A stretch of DNA of 64,000 nucleotides from an uncultured bacterium (GTDB taxonomy: Bacteria > Zixibacteria > MSB-5A5 > CAIYYT01). Each line of letters starts with the position of its first letter. The stretch's first letter is position 1. The position numbers and the translations under genes were made by a program. The DNA is taken from assembly GCA_963726455.1 (NCBI GenBank), contig CAVSCK010000004.1, forward strand, positions 1,280,001 to 1,344,000, written 5' to 3'. The notes under the pieces were generated by a model. That model saw only the letters and a program-made list of their open reading frames with translations, did no database searches and had not been told where the DNA came from. This document shows positions 33,086 to 44,800 of the stretch, piece after piece.

Positions 33086-33202
33086 AACCCAATCAATCCT
33101 CTTTGCATAGAGCATAGATTTTCGGAGTTCGTCATGCCCTCTCGTTTTGTGCCCCGGTAACCGGTCCGAAAAAGACCAAGTTGCCTTTACCGTACTCATA
33201 TA

Positions 33203-33229
33203 ATATCGGCGCAGTTACAGCGGCGCTTC
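33203..33229 (-). promoter_or_regulatory. Putative sigma-28 promoter
   Basis: Minus strand GAAG-N15-GCCGATAT upstream of the PBP-kinase pair. Confidence 0.55.
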
Positions 33230-33377
33230 AGCATGCAATGGGCATCTGAAAGTGTCGCCGTAAACATTCACCACTTGTGGTCCCAGTGTTTACAATTGAA
33301 ACACCGAGAGCTGTTGAGGAGAAGGCAGACTACTGCCAGGAGGATAGCAAGAGAGAGAAAATCGCGAATGCGAGACG

Positions 33378-35342
33378 CTAATCTTCTTCGTACTGACGCT
33401 TGATTCGCGTGAGAACATCGGGATCAGCTAGCGTAGTCGTGTCGCCCAGGACCTTACCGGTAGCAATATCGCGCAGCAAGCGCCTCATGATCTTGCCCGA
33501 TCGCGTCTTGGGCAAATCGGGCGCCAGAATGATTCGCTCCGGCTTGGCCAGGGCGCCGATTTTTCGCGCGACAAAATCTTTGAGTTGGCCGACGAGCCGA
33601 TCAGTAAATGTGAACTTATTGCCAAGCGTAACGAATGCCACCAGGCATTCGCCTTTCAACTCGTGCGGGACGCCAACCACGGCGGCTTCAACCACGCTTT
33701 CATGCTCCACCAGGGCGGATTCCACTTCCATCGTTGACAGGCGATGTCCGGCGGTGTTGATGACATCATCAACGCGGCCGAGAATCCAGATGTAACCGTC
33801 CTTGTCAATCTTTGCGCCGTCGCCGGGGAAATAGATGCCGGGCCACTTCGACCAGTATGTCTGAACGAATCGCTCCCGATCACCCCAGATTCCGCGAATC
33901 ATTCCCGGCCAGGGCTTGGTGATGGCGAGGTAGCCACCACCGTTCTTGATCTCTTTTCCCTTTTCATCGAGGACCTTGGCCTCGATGCCGGGGAATGGCT
34001 TCGTAGCCGATCCCGGTTTCGTGGATGTTATGCCAGGCAGGGGCGTGATCATGATGTGTCCCGTCTCGGTTTGCCACCAGGTATCGACGATCGGGCAACG
34101 TCCCTTGCCGATGACAGTGTTATACCATATCCACGCCTCGGGATTGATGGGCTCACCGACCGTACCCAGCAGCCGCAAAGTCTCAAGATTATGCTTTTCC
34201 GGCCATTCGTTGCCCCATTTCATGAAGGCCCTGATTGCCGTGGGTGCCGTGTAGAAAGCCGAAACGCCGTTTTCCTCGATGATTTGCCACATGCGATCGC
34301 GATCAGGCCAATCAGGCGCGCCCTCATACATCACCTGAGTAGCTCCGAGAGCAGTCGGCCCATACACAAGATATGAGTGACCTGTTACCCAGCCGATATC
34401 GGCGGTGCACCAGAAGACGTCGTCCTCCTTAAGGTCAAAGACGTACTTGGTGGTCGCGTATACCCCCGTCAGATACCCTCCGCACGTGTGTACTATCCCC
34501 TTCGGTTTGCCGGTGGTTCCCGAGGTGTACAGTATGAACAACGGGTCTTCGCTGTCCATGTACACCGGCTGACAAAAATGTTCGGCTTCCTGCATCAAAC
34601 GGTGGTACCAATGATCGCGGCCTTCCTTGACGCGCAACAGGAAATCGCCCCGCTTGACAATTATCACGTTTTCTACCGAAGGACAGTCGGCAAGCGCGTA
34701 ATCGGCATCGTGCTTGAGCGGGATCATCTGTCCGCGCCGGTAACTCCCGTCAGCGGTAATCAGCAGCTTGGCCTGGGCATCGTTGATGCGATCCCGCAAT
34801 GACTCCGGCGAGAACCCGCCGAATACGACAGAATGTACAGCTCCAATGCGGGCGCATCCCAGCATCGCAATGACCAGTTCCGGTATCATCGGCAGGTAGA
34901 TTGCGACGCGGTCACCCTTCGTAATACCCAGCTTCTTCAGAACATTCGCGAATTTATTGACGTTGTGGTAAAGCTCAAAGTAGGTCAGCGTCCGGCGGTC
35001 ACCGGGCTCGCCCTCCCAGATCAGCGCGGCTTTGTTCTTGCGACCATCTGTCATGTGCCGATCTAAACACGATTCCGTAACATTCAACTTGCCCCCGACG
35101 AACCATTGCGCGTCCGGCGCCTTCCAAATCAGTCCCTTCTTCCATTTGCGTTTCCACAGCAATTCCTCGGCGATATTCTCCCAAAATTTGACCGGGTTGG
35201 ACTTGCCGAGCCGATATAGCTCCTTGGTTCCGTTCGCCTGCCGGATAAATGCGGCGGGTGGTTTGAACAGCCGGTCTTCCTGAAGGAGGGCGTCAATTGT
35301 GGCAGTCTTGCTGTGACCGTTTGTGCCTGATTTGGGTGTCAT
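33378..35342 (-). CDS. acs: Acetyl-CoA synthetase
   Basis: [42 protein letters not shown]; likely start ATG 35342 with SD GAGG. Confidence 0.96.
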   Translation of the reverse strand: MTPKSGTNGHSKTATIDALLQEDRLFKPPAAFIRQANGTKELYRLGKSNPVKFWENIAEELLWKRKWKKGLIWKAPDAQWFVGGKLNVTESCLDRHMTDGRKNKAALIWEGEPGDRRTLTYFELYHNVNKFANVLKKLGITKGDRVAIYLPMIPELVIAMLGCARIGAVHSVVFGGFSPESLRDRINDAQAKLLITADGSYRRGQMIPLKHDADYALADCPSVENVIIVKRGDFLLRVKEGRDHWYHRLMQEAEHFCQPVYMDSEDPLFILYTSGTTGKPKGIVHTCGGYLTGVYATTKYVFDLKEDDVFWCTADIGWVTGHSYLVYGPTALGATQVMYEGAPDWPDRDRMWQIIEENGVSAFYTAPTAIRAFMKWGNEWPEKHNLETLRLLGTVGEPINPEAWIWYNTVIGKGRCPIVDTWWQTETGHIMITPLPGITSTKPGSATKPFPGIEAKVLDEKGKEIKNGGGYLAITKPWPGMIRGIWGDRERFVQTYWSKWPGIYFPGDGAKIDKDGYIWILGRVDDVINTAGHRLSTMEVESALVEHESVVEAAVVGVPHELKGECLVAFVTLGNKFTFTDRLVGQLKDFVARKIGALAKPERIILAPDLPKTRSGKIMRRLLRDIATGKVLGDTTTLADPDVLTRIKRQYEED

Positions 35343-35599
35343 GCTTTTCCTCGTGATGTGGTACTCTTTCTGGCTAAAATAGATCGCGTCGGTGATTTTT
35401 GTCAAGAATTTTCATGCAATATGAGACATCCTTGGCTTTCCATCGATCTGGAAATTCACGTTGTCATACAGCGTGGCGCCCTACCAGCCAGTACTTCAGG
35501 TAACCGCGCCGTTGAAAATTATACGAATCAGCGTGGTGAATAGTGAATGACATTACCCATGAATTGACAGGTCAATTCGCACCTCAAGACGACCGAATC

Positions 35600-35628
35600 T
35601 TGACTAAATTGAACGTTTCTGCTACCTT
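35600..35628 (+). promoter_or_regulatory. Putative sigma-70 promoter
   Basis: TTGACT-N17-TACCTT. Confidence 0.5.
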
Positions 35629-35687
35629 TCCGTAGTAGATAGATGACGCCAACGGGCGCGGGAAACTGATCTATTGGGAGGGCCAGT

Positions 35688-37271
35688 ATGTCACGATTCG
35701 ATTACGTACGGGCCGGTTTAATTGGAGCCGCGATCATTCTGTTGGTCAGCGGGTCTTTATCGGCTCAGTCGGGCGGCAGCCCGAAATCCTTTGATACCAG
35801 CACGTTTGTGAATGCCAACAACATTCTGATGTTCTGCAGCAACAATGCAATGTATGGCCGCGACCAGAGCAATCACTTCGGTCACGAATACGGCACCTTC
35901 TATCCATACACTTCAATCGCCAACATTCAAAACGGATCGGCAATCAAGTCGCCTTTATACTCTGCCGGTATCTGGATGGGCGGCACGGTCTCCGGAGGAA
36001 CGCGAGTATCACTGGCTGAATTCAGTTCTGAATTCTGGCCGGGTCCAATGTCAGGCGGAACTTTCGTGGCAAATGCAGATACTGCGAAGATATTTCGCGT
36101 CTACAAGATCTATTCCGACAGCGCCGCAGGCAATCCAAACACTGATTATCTGGAATGGCCGGTTTCGCAAGGGGCGCCGACTGATGCGTCAGGTCATCCA
36201 CTCCTTCTCGGCCAGCAAACGTTGTTCTCAGTTTACTGCGACGCGAACCCGGCGCGACACACTCTGATTGACGGCTCAACCACCCCCTTGGGAATCGAAG
36301 TTCGACAGACAACCTGGGCTTCGAACACTTCTGGACTGGAGCGAATCATTTATCTCGAGTACCAGCTATACAACAAAGGCGGAAACAACATTTCCGACTT
36401 CTACGTCTCGATCTGGCTCGATCCCGATTTAGGCGGAGTGGAAGATGATTTGGCCGGCTCCGACACTTCCGAAGGCATCTTCTATTGCTACAATGCCAAC
36501 AATGCCGACGCGGTTTACGGCGCTTCGCCTCCCGCAATCGGCGTCAAAATGATCGCCGGACCGGCTGTCGCCTCGGCTTCCGATACGGCGTTGTTCTTTA
36601 GAACGCTTAAGCCCGGCTACCGCAATCTGGAAATGAGCTCTTTCGTGAACTACATTAACGGCGACGATGCCCAGAGTTCCACCGAAAGCTACAACTTGAT
36701 GAAAGGTCTGCGTCGAAACGGAAGCGCGCAACTCAACGGCACCCGGTTCAGTTTTCCCGGAGACCCGGTCGCGAGCACCGGCGACAGAGACACGCTGCCC
36801 GCCAATATTCATTTTCTGGGAAGCTTCGGCCCGATTTCGTTTGCTGCCGGTGACAGCCAATATGTGCTTGTGAAGTTGGGCATTGGCCAGGGAGCGGATC
36901 GTCTGAGTTCGATCACGAATCTCAAACAAATCCTCACGGCGGCGGATGACATTCCACTCGATGCGGAGGATGGCGAGAGAACAGCGATTCCGAACCGCAC
37001 GAGTATCGAGCAGAATTACCCGAATCCGTTTAATCCATCGACAACGATCCGCTACGTCGTTCACAAATCCTCACTCGTGAATCTGGAGATAATTAATCTA
37101 CTGGGTCAGAAGGTGAAAACGCTGGTAGCCGAGACTAAGCGAACCGGAGAATATCAAACGACGTGGGACGGCACGGATGATTACGGCAGATCAGTTTCAT
37201 CGGGAGTCTATTTCTACCGATTTCGGACAGGCGACGAAACGATAACCAGGAAGATGCTGCTGCTCAAATAG
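35688..37271 (+). CDS. Secreted protein with C-terminal FlgD-Ig / T9SS type-A-like sorting domain
   Basis: Signal peptide; C-terminus QNYPNPFNPSTTIRY...INLLGQKV...WDG.D..G..VSSGVYFYR...KMLLLK. Confidence 0.85.
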   Translation: MSRFDYVRAGLIGAAIILLVSGSLSAQSGGSPKSFDTSTFVNANNILMFCSNNAMYGRDQSNHFGHEYGTFYPYTSIANIQNGSAIKSPLYSAGIWMGGTVSGGTRVSLAEFSSEFWPGPMSGGTFVANADTAKIFRVYKIYSDSAAGNPNTDYLEWPVSQGAPTDASGHPLLLGQQTLFSVYCDANPARHTLIDGSTTPLGIEVRQTTWASNTSGLERIIYLEYQLYNKGGNNISDFYVSIWLDPDLGGVEDDLAGSDTSEGIFYCYNANNADAVYGASPPAIGVKMIAGPAVASASDTALFFRTLKPGYRNLEMSSFVNYINGDDAQSSTESYNLMKGLRRNGSAQLNGTRFSFPGDPVASTGDRDTLPANIHFLGSFGPISFAAGDSQYVLVKLGIGQGADRLSSITNLKQILTAADDIPLDAEDGERTAIPNRTSIEQNYPNPFNPSTTIRYVVHKSSLVNLEIINLLGQKVKTLVAETKRTGEYQTTWDGTDDYGRSVSSGVYFYRFRTGDETITRKMLLLK

Positions 37272-37285
37272 CTATTTAATGGCCG

Positions 37286-38194
37286 TCAGCGAGCGCAGTG
37301 GAATTTGATTCCCTGCGCCGTCAGAAACTCCTCAGCGTCCTGACCTTGTAACATCGCCAGCGTGCTGAGAAAACCTGCCTCCGTACAGTAATCAGCAAGT
37401 ACAGTAACACTCCGCGGCGAATTCTCCACCGGCCAGCCGGTACGCGGGTTCAGGATATGCCCGAGCCGCCTGCCATTCACTGTACAAAAGCGCCGTGAAT
37501 CGCCGCTGGTAGCCACGGCGCCTTGCGCCAGATCAATCTCGCCGATTGGGGTATCATCGGACGACGGATTCTCGATGCCGACCACCCACGGTTTCTTGTC
37601 GTTACCGGCGTTTATCGCCCTGATATCGCCGCCGAAATTGACCATCAGCGAGAAACCGCCGTCCGCAAAGAGCATCTGTGCCACTTTGTCGACGGCATAT
37701 TCTTTCCCCACTCCTCCGAAGTCGATCTCCATACCGGCGCGTAACTTGATAGTTGATTCGGTCAATTTGACTTTATCCCAGCCGACTTTCTTCAATAGCG
37801 TACCGATCAGTCGGTCATCAGGGCGCGCTTCGCGGCCGTCAAATTTCCATGCTCTGCGAAGAATCCCGGAAGTTATGTCAAACAGTCCCTCACTTAGTTC
37901 ATGACATTGTGCAGAGTATGTGAGAAGTTGAAACGTTTCGGCGTCAATTTGCACGGATTCGCCACAACTGTTGTTTATGGCGAAAACGATGTTGTCGTCG
38001 CGATATCTGCTGAACTTTTTCTCGATGCGGATGGCTTCCAAGAAAGCGAGCGAAGCCAGTTTGTCGGCTTCGCTCGAATTGTTGCAGCGAATCAGAATTT
38101 CGCAGGGACTTGACATGGCGGTGAAACTGATGATCCAGTAACCGTCCGTCTCCCTCACATTGAAGCCCTGAGTCTGTTTAGAAGTTGCGCGCAT
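37286..38194 (-). CDS. apbE: FAD:protein FMN transferase
   Basis: GLFDITSG, DFGGVGKEYAVD, NFGGDI, VATSGD, HILNPRTG. Confidence 0.92.
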   Translation of the reverse strand: MRATSKQTQGFNVRETDGYWIISFTAMSSPCEILIRCNNSSEADKLASLAFLEAIRIEKKFSRYRDDNIVFAINNSCGESVQIDAETFQLLTYSAQCHELSEGLFDITSGILRRAWKFDGREARPDDRLIGTLLKKVGWDKVKLTESTIKLRAGMEIDFGGVGKEYAVDKVAQMLFADGGFSLMVNFGGDIRAINAGNDKKPWVVGIENPSSDDTPIGEIDLAQGAVATSGDSRRFCTVNGRRLGHILNPRTGWPVENSPRSVTVLADYCTEAGFLSTLAMLQGQDAEEFLTAQGIKFHCAR

Positions 38195-39489
38195 AGCCCA
38201 CTCTAAACATCAAGGCCGTCAACTTGGGAAACAGGTCAAGCCCGGCCATTGATCCGAATGTCTGCGGCGGACTTCTGTCCCCATATTGAGAATAGTACTC
38301 TGCCGAAATATTGAGATGTGATGCCGCATCAATTGGCAAAATGTATTGCAGTCCCAGGGTCAGCGCGTCAAACGCCGCCAATCGGCTGTCAGACGAGGCG
38401 TATTGCGGAAGTTGATTACCGACGATCAAGTAAGGCCGGTAGAGACTCGCCTGTGACTGGCGGTACCAGCGAATATGCGGTTGAATCGCGTGACCGTTCT
38501 TGAGTTGCCAGAGGAAGTATGTTTCGACCGTGTGAGATTTCACGCCCCAGTCATCCCAAAAATATCGATAGGAGACATCCAGCGCGCTGCCGGAGATAAA
38601 ACGGCGAATTTGCCCGAACACCGCATTCTTGTTGCGCGTGTAGGGGCGTTTCTCATGCAAGTAATCTATCGGATCGCCGGCGTTCGGCGACGAAGGATCT
38701 TCTACTACGCTGAGCAGTTTATATGGGTCGGTTAGATACCCGTTGGAACGGTCAAAAGAATAATTCATGCGCAATATTGTTTTTCGGTCAAGAACCTGGC
38801 TGATCCCGAACAGAACGTCAAAGACGCGCTTCGATTCACCGATGCGTGGCGCACGCTGCCCTTCGCCTTCACCTTCCCCTTCTCCTCCTCCCTGGCCGCC
38901 GCTGCTCGCAGTCGAAAGAGCTGAGAACGGGGCGACTGGTCCGCCGATCGGCGAGACGACATCGTACGAAAACGAACCCGAGATCCCGACGGTTGTGTTT
39001 CTCTGAAAGAAGTCGCGCGTGATGCCGCTGTTCAAGCCGAATGATGTGTAGTCCCGTTCCGTCGAGCCGTGCCCACCAACTGACAAGGACGCCAGCCGTC
39101 CCAACGGGTGCACTATCGTGGCATCGGCGGCAAGTCGGGTGTCATGGAAACTTCGATCAAGGGGAAGTTGACCCGATTGGATCGTATAACCGGCTCTTCC
39201 TGATGGCCCTGTGAATGTCTGTAATTTTCGGCTGGGAGCGGCGCCATTCGGTGTTGCGCCGGTGAGGCCATCATAAGTGAACCGAAATGACAACGAGTAG
39301 TTATTGTTCAAAAGCTTGTTCGCGCCGATGACACCTTCGGCTGCGGTGATTCCGTTTCGCTCAGAATATAACAGCAGCGAAGTCTCGGCTTGATTCTGGT
39401 CGGCTGCCGGGGCGACGCCGGATCCGAGCAGACGCAGCGGTGATGGTCGCCAGAGCTCCACGGATGGATTTCCTGCTGCTTAGTTGCAT
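38178..39489 (-). CDS. DUF3570 outer-membrane beta-barrel-like protein; +1 frameshift at about 39432
   Basis: True start MQLSSRKSIRGALATITAALLG overlaps the DUF4266 stop; DGLTGAT motif, GYLTDPY, YRYFWDDWGV..HT, C-terminal Phe. Confidence 0.82.
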
Positions 39490-39713
39490 CCGCAACCGCC
39501 CCCACCAAAACCGCGGCCACCACTGGACGCTTCTTTGCTGAAGTAGATGTGATCATCGATCGCCCGATCGACCGGATGATTGTCAAACTGCATCTCCGGC
39601 TTGGCCAGGATATCTCTATCCCACACTTTCACCCCCATTGATGCGCAGCCGTTAAGCGAACTGAGGATAAGCAGGAGCAGTCCGATTCCCAGCCAGAATC
39701 TGACGTTTCTCAT
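39480..39713 (-). CDS. DUF4266 lipoprotein
   Basis: Lipobox LNGC; VKVWDR; C-terminus EASSGGRGFGGGGCGCN. Confidence 0.88.
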   Translation of the reverse strand: MRNVRFWLGIGLLLLILSSLNGCASMGVKVWDRDILAKPEMQFDNHPVDRAIDDHIYFSKEASSGGRGFGGGGCGCN

Positions 39714-40211
39714 TTCTTGATTTTCTCCTCTAGCAGTGAACCCAAAAGTGAATCAAGATACACGGTGTCTTTCGGATAGAAACCCTCGATGGTCTGTGCG
39801 TAGTTTTCCGTCGCGACCATACACAAACGACGTTGGCATTGCTTCCAGATTGTACAATTTGGCAAGCGTTCCGGTGGAGTCATAAATGACTTTGAACGGC
39901 ACGTCCATCTCTTTTAGGAACTTATTTGCCGGAATGGCGCTTTTGTCCACGCTTACCGCCACGACTTGCAGCCCGCGGCTAGCGTATTTGTCATTCAACT
40001 GCTTCATCCAGGGGAACGATTGCCTGCAAGGCACACACCATGACGCCCAGAAATCTACGTAGACAACATGGCTGTCAAGCGGAGTCGCGCCCGCCAAGAG
40101 AGAGTCCAGCACCGCAATTGACTGCGGCGCGCTCTTGGCGAATACTGGACTGCCGAGGCCGAACACGATGCTCGTAAATATGCTGACAGCGACAAAGAAT
40201 TTTGCGCCCAT
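39710..40211 (-). CDS. TlpA-family thioredoxin; +1 frameshift at about 39781
   Basis: VYVDFWASWCVPC, AMPTS cis-Pro; corrected C-terminus GFYPKD...EEKIKK ends in an ATGA overlap with DUF4266. Confidence 0.88.
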
Positions 40212-40427
40212 TAGAGACAACCCTATTTGAAATTTGTTCCCAATTTGCTGAATGCCCATCGACTCCACCAACTTGGAGCATTCATCTGGCTACAGATGTC
40301 TTTCCTAAATACGATGGGTAACTTCAATATCTTGGATTTAGTGTGACCGCAAGAAGTCATAATGGACATATTTCCGTCATTATTGCAGAATGCAACCAAG
40401 TGCAGCATAAACTCCCTTGAGATAGAC

Positions 40428-41240
40428 TTAATACCGGCTGACTGAAGTCGAATCAGCCCGCAACCAACTGATGTACGCCCACACTGCGTCCAAATCACCT
40501 GCTTGGAGGTGAGAACGAAATTTGGGCATTTTCAATTCGGCGTGCCGCAGGAAATATTTCGCTACGGAATTACCGTCAAGACGCTTCGAGATTCCGTCGT
40601 TTACCCATTCATCAAATTCCTGACGATTCATCACGAGGTCGGCAAAATCAGAGGTTTCCCACGAAGCAACATATCCCTTGAACGAGCCAGGATTGGGCCG
40701 GGCATACCGCCCGCCGCTGCCGTGACAACCGAAACAGGCAAGCGAATCGGCCCGGTAATAGCCACTCAGCGCCAGGGAATCTTCCGGTACTGACGGAACG
40801 TTGACAGTCGCGACGAACGCTACTAAATCATTGATTTCGTCCGAGGATAAGCGTCTTCCGAATGCGGGCATCTTCAGGGCTCCCTTTGCACGTTGCTCCC
40901 GCCAGCTATCGCTGTGTGATTTGGCGGTTGTCGCGCCGTCGGCGATCCACTGCCTGATTTCGGCAGTGTCCTTGGCGAACATCATCATGTCACCCTTCCA
41001 GTTCGGCACCATCACATCGGCTCGGCCCGGATTGAACACGCCCCCCGTGCCACTTGGTCCATGGCACCCAAAACATCCGGTTTGCTCGGCGAGGCGCCTC
41101 CCCTTTTCCTCAGCGGTTAATACCGGCCGAGTTAAGTAAGACCACACCAACAATCCCACCACACCCAACACTACTAAGCCGAGCAAAAGAAACAGTAATC
41201 CCCGCCGTCCGGCGGCGAATATCATGGTCCTGCCCCTCAC
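40428..41240 (-). CDS. Membrane-anchored di-heme cytochrome c
   Basis: N-terminal TM; two CFGCH motifs, each followed by a KMP.F axial-Met motif; internal duplication. Confidence 0.88.
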   Translation of the reverse strand: MRGRTMIFAAGRRGLLFLLLGLVVLGVVGLLVWSYLTRPVLTAEEKGRRLAEQTGCFGCHGPSGTGGVFNPGRADVMVPNWKGDMMMFAKDTAEIRQWIADGATTAKSHSDSWREQRAKGALKMPAFGRRLSSDEINDLVAFVATVNVPSVPEDSLALSGYYRADSLACFGCHGSGGRYARPNPGSFKGYVASWETSDFADLVMNRQEFDEWVNDGISKRLDGNSVAKYFLRHAELKMPKFRSHLQAGDLDAVWAYISWLRADSTSVSRY

Positions 41241-41251
41241 TGCGATCGCTC

Positions 41252-41668
41252 CTACTGGGCTTTCGCAGCCGAGAGTTCCTTGACCTCGTTAACGCTGATG
41301 GACTTTACGCCATTGCGTTCACTCACCAATCCCGTAACGCTGACTTGTTCGTCCGCCAACTTCTTGGCAGAATTGTACGGATCAGCATTATCGTGATTTA
41401 CGGTCAAGAGGTACAGCTTGCCATCATTGGTCAGCAGACCCATGGGCATGCCGCTGTTGATGCACATCGAGGCACAGCCCTTGTGTTGCTCGCCCTTGGC
41501 GCCCTGTGACAAATAGCATCCCATGTCCACCACTTCACCCTGGATGGTCATGGTCTTCGCCTCCGTGGTCTTGGCCGACGCCTTGGTAGTCGCCGGTGTG
41601 GCCGCAAGCGCAGCTACGGATGCCAGTGCCAACATGAGTACCACGAGAATGATTGTTGCACGCTTCAT
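41252..41668 (-). CDS. Secreted hypothetical protein with D-x-x-C and H-x-x-C-x-x-x-C motifs
   Basis: Signal peptide, Ala/Thr/Lys linker, GEVVDMGCY...HKGCASMCI..GMPMGL; SD GGAGG. Confidence 0.78.
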   Translation of the reverse strand: MKRATIILVVLMLALASVAALAATPATTKASAKTTEAKTMTIQGEVVDMGCYLSQGAKGEQHKGCASMCINSGMPMGLLTNDGKLYLLTVNHDNADPYNSAKKLADEQVSVTGLVSERNGVKSISVNEVKELSAAKAQ

Positions 41669-41884
41669 AATGTAAATCCTCCTTGTGAACCAGGATCAAA
41701 CAGTCCCGGTCACGAATTGATACGCTCTATAACCGATACTCGCAGGAATTGTTTCCTGAGGCGCCTGCCCAGCCCTGCCAAAAAGAAGCACAGATAAGGG
41801 CACATCAGAACTCAATGGGAGGACGGGTTTCCCGCAGATAGGACGGGGAATATTCGTCGGGAAGAAGGGATGAGCTTCTGGAAT

Positions 41885-44800
41885 CTAGACTTTTTCGGCC
41901 GCCGCAGCTTCTGAGACAGTGGCCGGTTCTATCGAAGTCTTCTTGGTAGACAGGTATGTGTAGAGCGCCGGAATGACGAACAGTGTCAGACCCAGTGAGA
42001 ACAACAGTCCGCCGATAATAACAATACCCATCGAAACACGGCTTTTCGCTGCCGCACCCAGGGCGAGCGCGATCGGCAGCACGCCAAAAACAGTCGCCAG
42101 ACTTGTCATCACAATGGGCCTGAATCTCTGCGCTGCGGCATCGATAACGGCTTCCTTGATCGACAGCCCCTGCGCCTGGCGCTGGTTGGCGAATTCGACA
42201 ATCAAAATACCGTTCTTGGTGACAATTCCGACGAGCGCGATAATCCCGATCTGACTGAAAATGTTCAGCGTCTGCCCGAACAGCCACAGCGACAACACCG
42301 CCCCGGCTAGTGCCAGCGGCACCGTGAACATAATCGTGAGCGGATCGCGGAAACTCTCGAACTGCGCCGACAGAATGAGATAGACAAGCACGAGCGCCAA
42401 CAGAAATGCGAAGATCAGCGTGTTGGAGCTTTCCGCGTATTCCTTTGCGGTTCCGGCAAGACTGGTCGAGAACGTTTCATCGAGTGTGCCCGCGGCAATC
42501 TTGTCCATCTCCTTTATGCCGTCGCCGAGTGTAAATCCTTTTGACAGAGATGCCGACACAGTAGCCGATACGAATCTGTTGAAACGATATAGTTGTGGCG
42601 GGTTGCTGCGATAGGACATCTTGACGATGTTATCAAGCTGAATCAGCTCGTTGCGGCTGTTTCTGACGTAGATGGAGCTCAAATCAAGCGGTTCGTCGCG
42701 ATTCTGCCGGTTGGCCTGCGCGATGACTTGATACTGTTGGCCGTTGAGAACGAAGGTACCATAACGCTGGCCGCTGAAGTAGAGCTGCAGGGTCTGTGCG
42801 ATATCGCGTACCGTCACCCCCATCGCCCTGGCGCGGTCGCGGTCAATCTCCACGGTGAGTTCCGGCTTATTGAACTTGAGATCAAGATCAACCACTTGAA
42901 ATACCGAATCCGACTGAGCCTTCTCCATGAAGGCCGGCAACACGGCCTTGAGTTTCTCAAGCGTCGGCGCCTGAATTACGTATTGCACCGGCAATCCTCT
43001 GCCGCGTCCACCGCCGATCGTCTGCTCCTGTGTGACATAAGTTCTCGCAAAAGTATAATCCCGCAACTGCCGCGACACCGCGTCGGCGATTTCCTGCTGA
43101 GTCCGTTCGCGTTTGTCCGGACTCACCAAACCGATGCGTACGAATCCGCTGTTGGAGCCACCACCCATACCACCGCCGGTCACCGATAGGATGACGTCTT
43201 TTTCCGGCAGCGTATCGACAGTGGCAAGGATCTTACCCATGTAGCTGTACATGGCTTCATATGACGTGCCTTCCGGAGCAGTGGAATTGACCATCAGGCG
43301 GCTCTTGTCTTCCATCGGCGCCAGTTCCGAACGCAGCAATGCGCCCAGTCCGAAGATGATCGCAACTGACACGGCCATCACTACCAGCGCCAGGTAACGG
43401 CGATTAACAAATGTTCGCAGTGACCGGTGATAACTTGAGTGGAGCCGGTTGAACCAGCGCTCGCTGAGTTCGAAAAACTTGCTTTCATGTTCCGTCTTAT
43501 GAAGAATTCGGGCGCTCATCATCGGCGTCAAGGTTAATGACACAAACGCTGAGATTAGAACTGAGCCCGCCACCACAACGCCAAATTCCCGGAACAACCT
43601 GCCGGTGATGCCCTGCAGGAACATGATGGGCAGGAACACTGAAGCCAGCGTAATCGTGGTCGAAATGATCGCGAAGTAGATTTCCTTGGACCCCTTAAAT
43701 CCGGCGTCAATCGGTTTCATTCCCGCTTCAATTTTCTTGTAGATATTTTCCAGCACAACTATCGCGTCATCAACGACGATACCGGTCGACAGGACAATCG
43801 CCAGGAGGGTTAGAATGTTGATCGAGAATCCAGCGATGTACATGATAAAGAAGGAGCCGACCAGTGAGATAGGAATCGCCAACATGGGAATGATTGTCGT
43901 GCGCCAATGTCGCAGGAAGACGAAGATCACCAACAGCACCAGCAAGAATGCAATCAGAATCGTCTCGACAACTTCGCTGATGGCCTTCCGGATGTTGGTC
44001 GTGGTATCCATGGCGACCGTGACTTTGACATCCTCCGGCAAGTCCTTTTTGATCTGGGCCAGACGTTTGTAGAAGGCATCGGCAATGGCAATCTGGTTGG
44101 CGCCTGATTGTGGAACCATATTGACGGACACCATCGGAATTCCGCCGTTGCCCAGCATGATGGAACGCTCGTTTTCCGCCATCAAGACTGCTTGCCCGAC
44201 ATCTCGGAATTTCACGACCGAGCCGTTTTCACTTTTGATGATCAATTCATTGAATTCCTCCGGCGTGGTCAAACGACCGAAGGTGCGAATCGGAAGCTCA
44301 GTGTTATATCCTTCGATACGCCCCGATGGAAGTTCAACATTCTCGCGGTCCAGCGCATTCTTTACATCAAGCGGTGTCAACCCCTGGGCGGCCAAACGTG
44401 CCGGATCGATCAGGAGTTTCATGGCGTATCGCTTTTCACCCCAGATTCCGATTTCGCTGACTCCGGGCAGAGTCTGCAGACGTTCTTTGAATATGTCGTT
44501 GGCGAGTGCTGATAATTCGAGCAGGTTGCGCTTGTCGCTTTGCAGCGTCAGCGAGATGATCGGGTTGGCGTCGGCGTCTGCTTTCGAGATCGTCGGCGGA
44601 TCAACATCCGGTGGCAGGTCATGTGAGGCGCGTGACACTTTGTCGCGGACATCATTTGCCGCCGCCTCCATGTCGACTCCCAGTTCGAACTCGACGGTAA
44701 TGCGGCTGCGTCCGTCACTGCTGGACGAAGTCAGCGAGCGAATTCCCGCGATGCCGTTGATTGATTCTTCCAGCACCTCAGTGACTTGCGATTCGATGAC

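Noticed and set aside
33110-33200. Possible c-di-GMP (GEMM) riboswitch in the PBP leader (GGCAAC...GGGCACAAAAC)
   Set aside because: Only a single imperfect hairpin; the GNRA tetraloop/receptor and second stem are not identifiable. An Infernal search would settle it
38860-38900. Short repeat encoding GGQGGGEGEGEGEG
   Set aside because: Low-complexity loop within DUF3570, not a CRISPR or VNTR array
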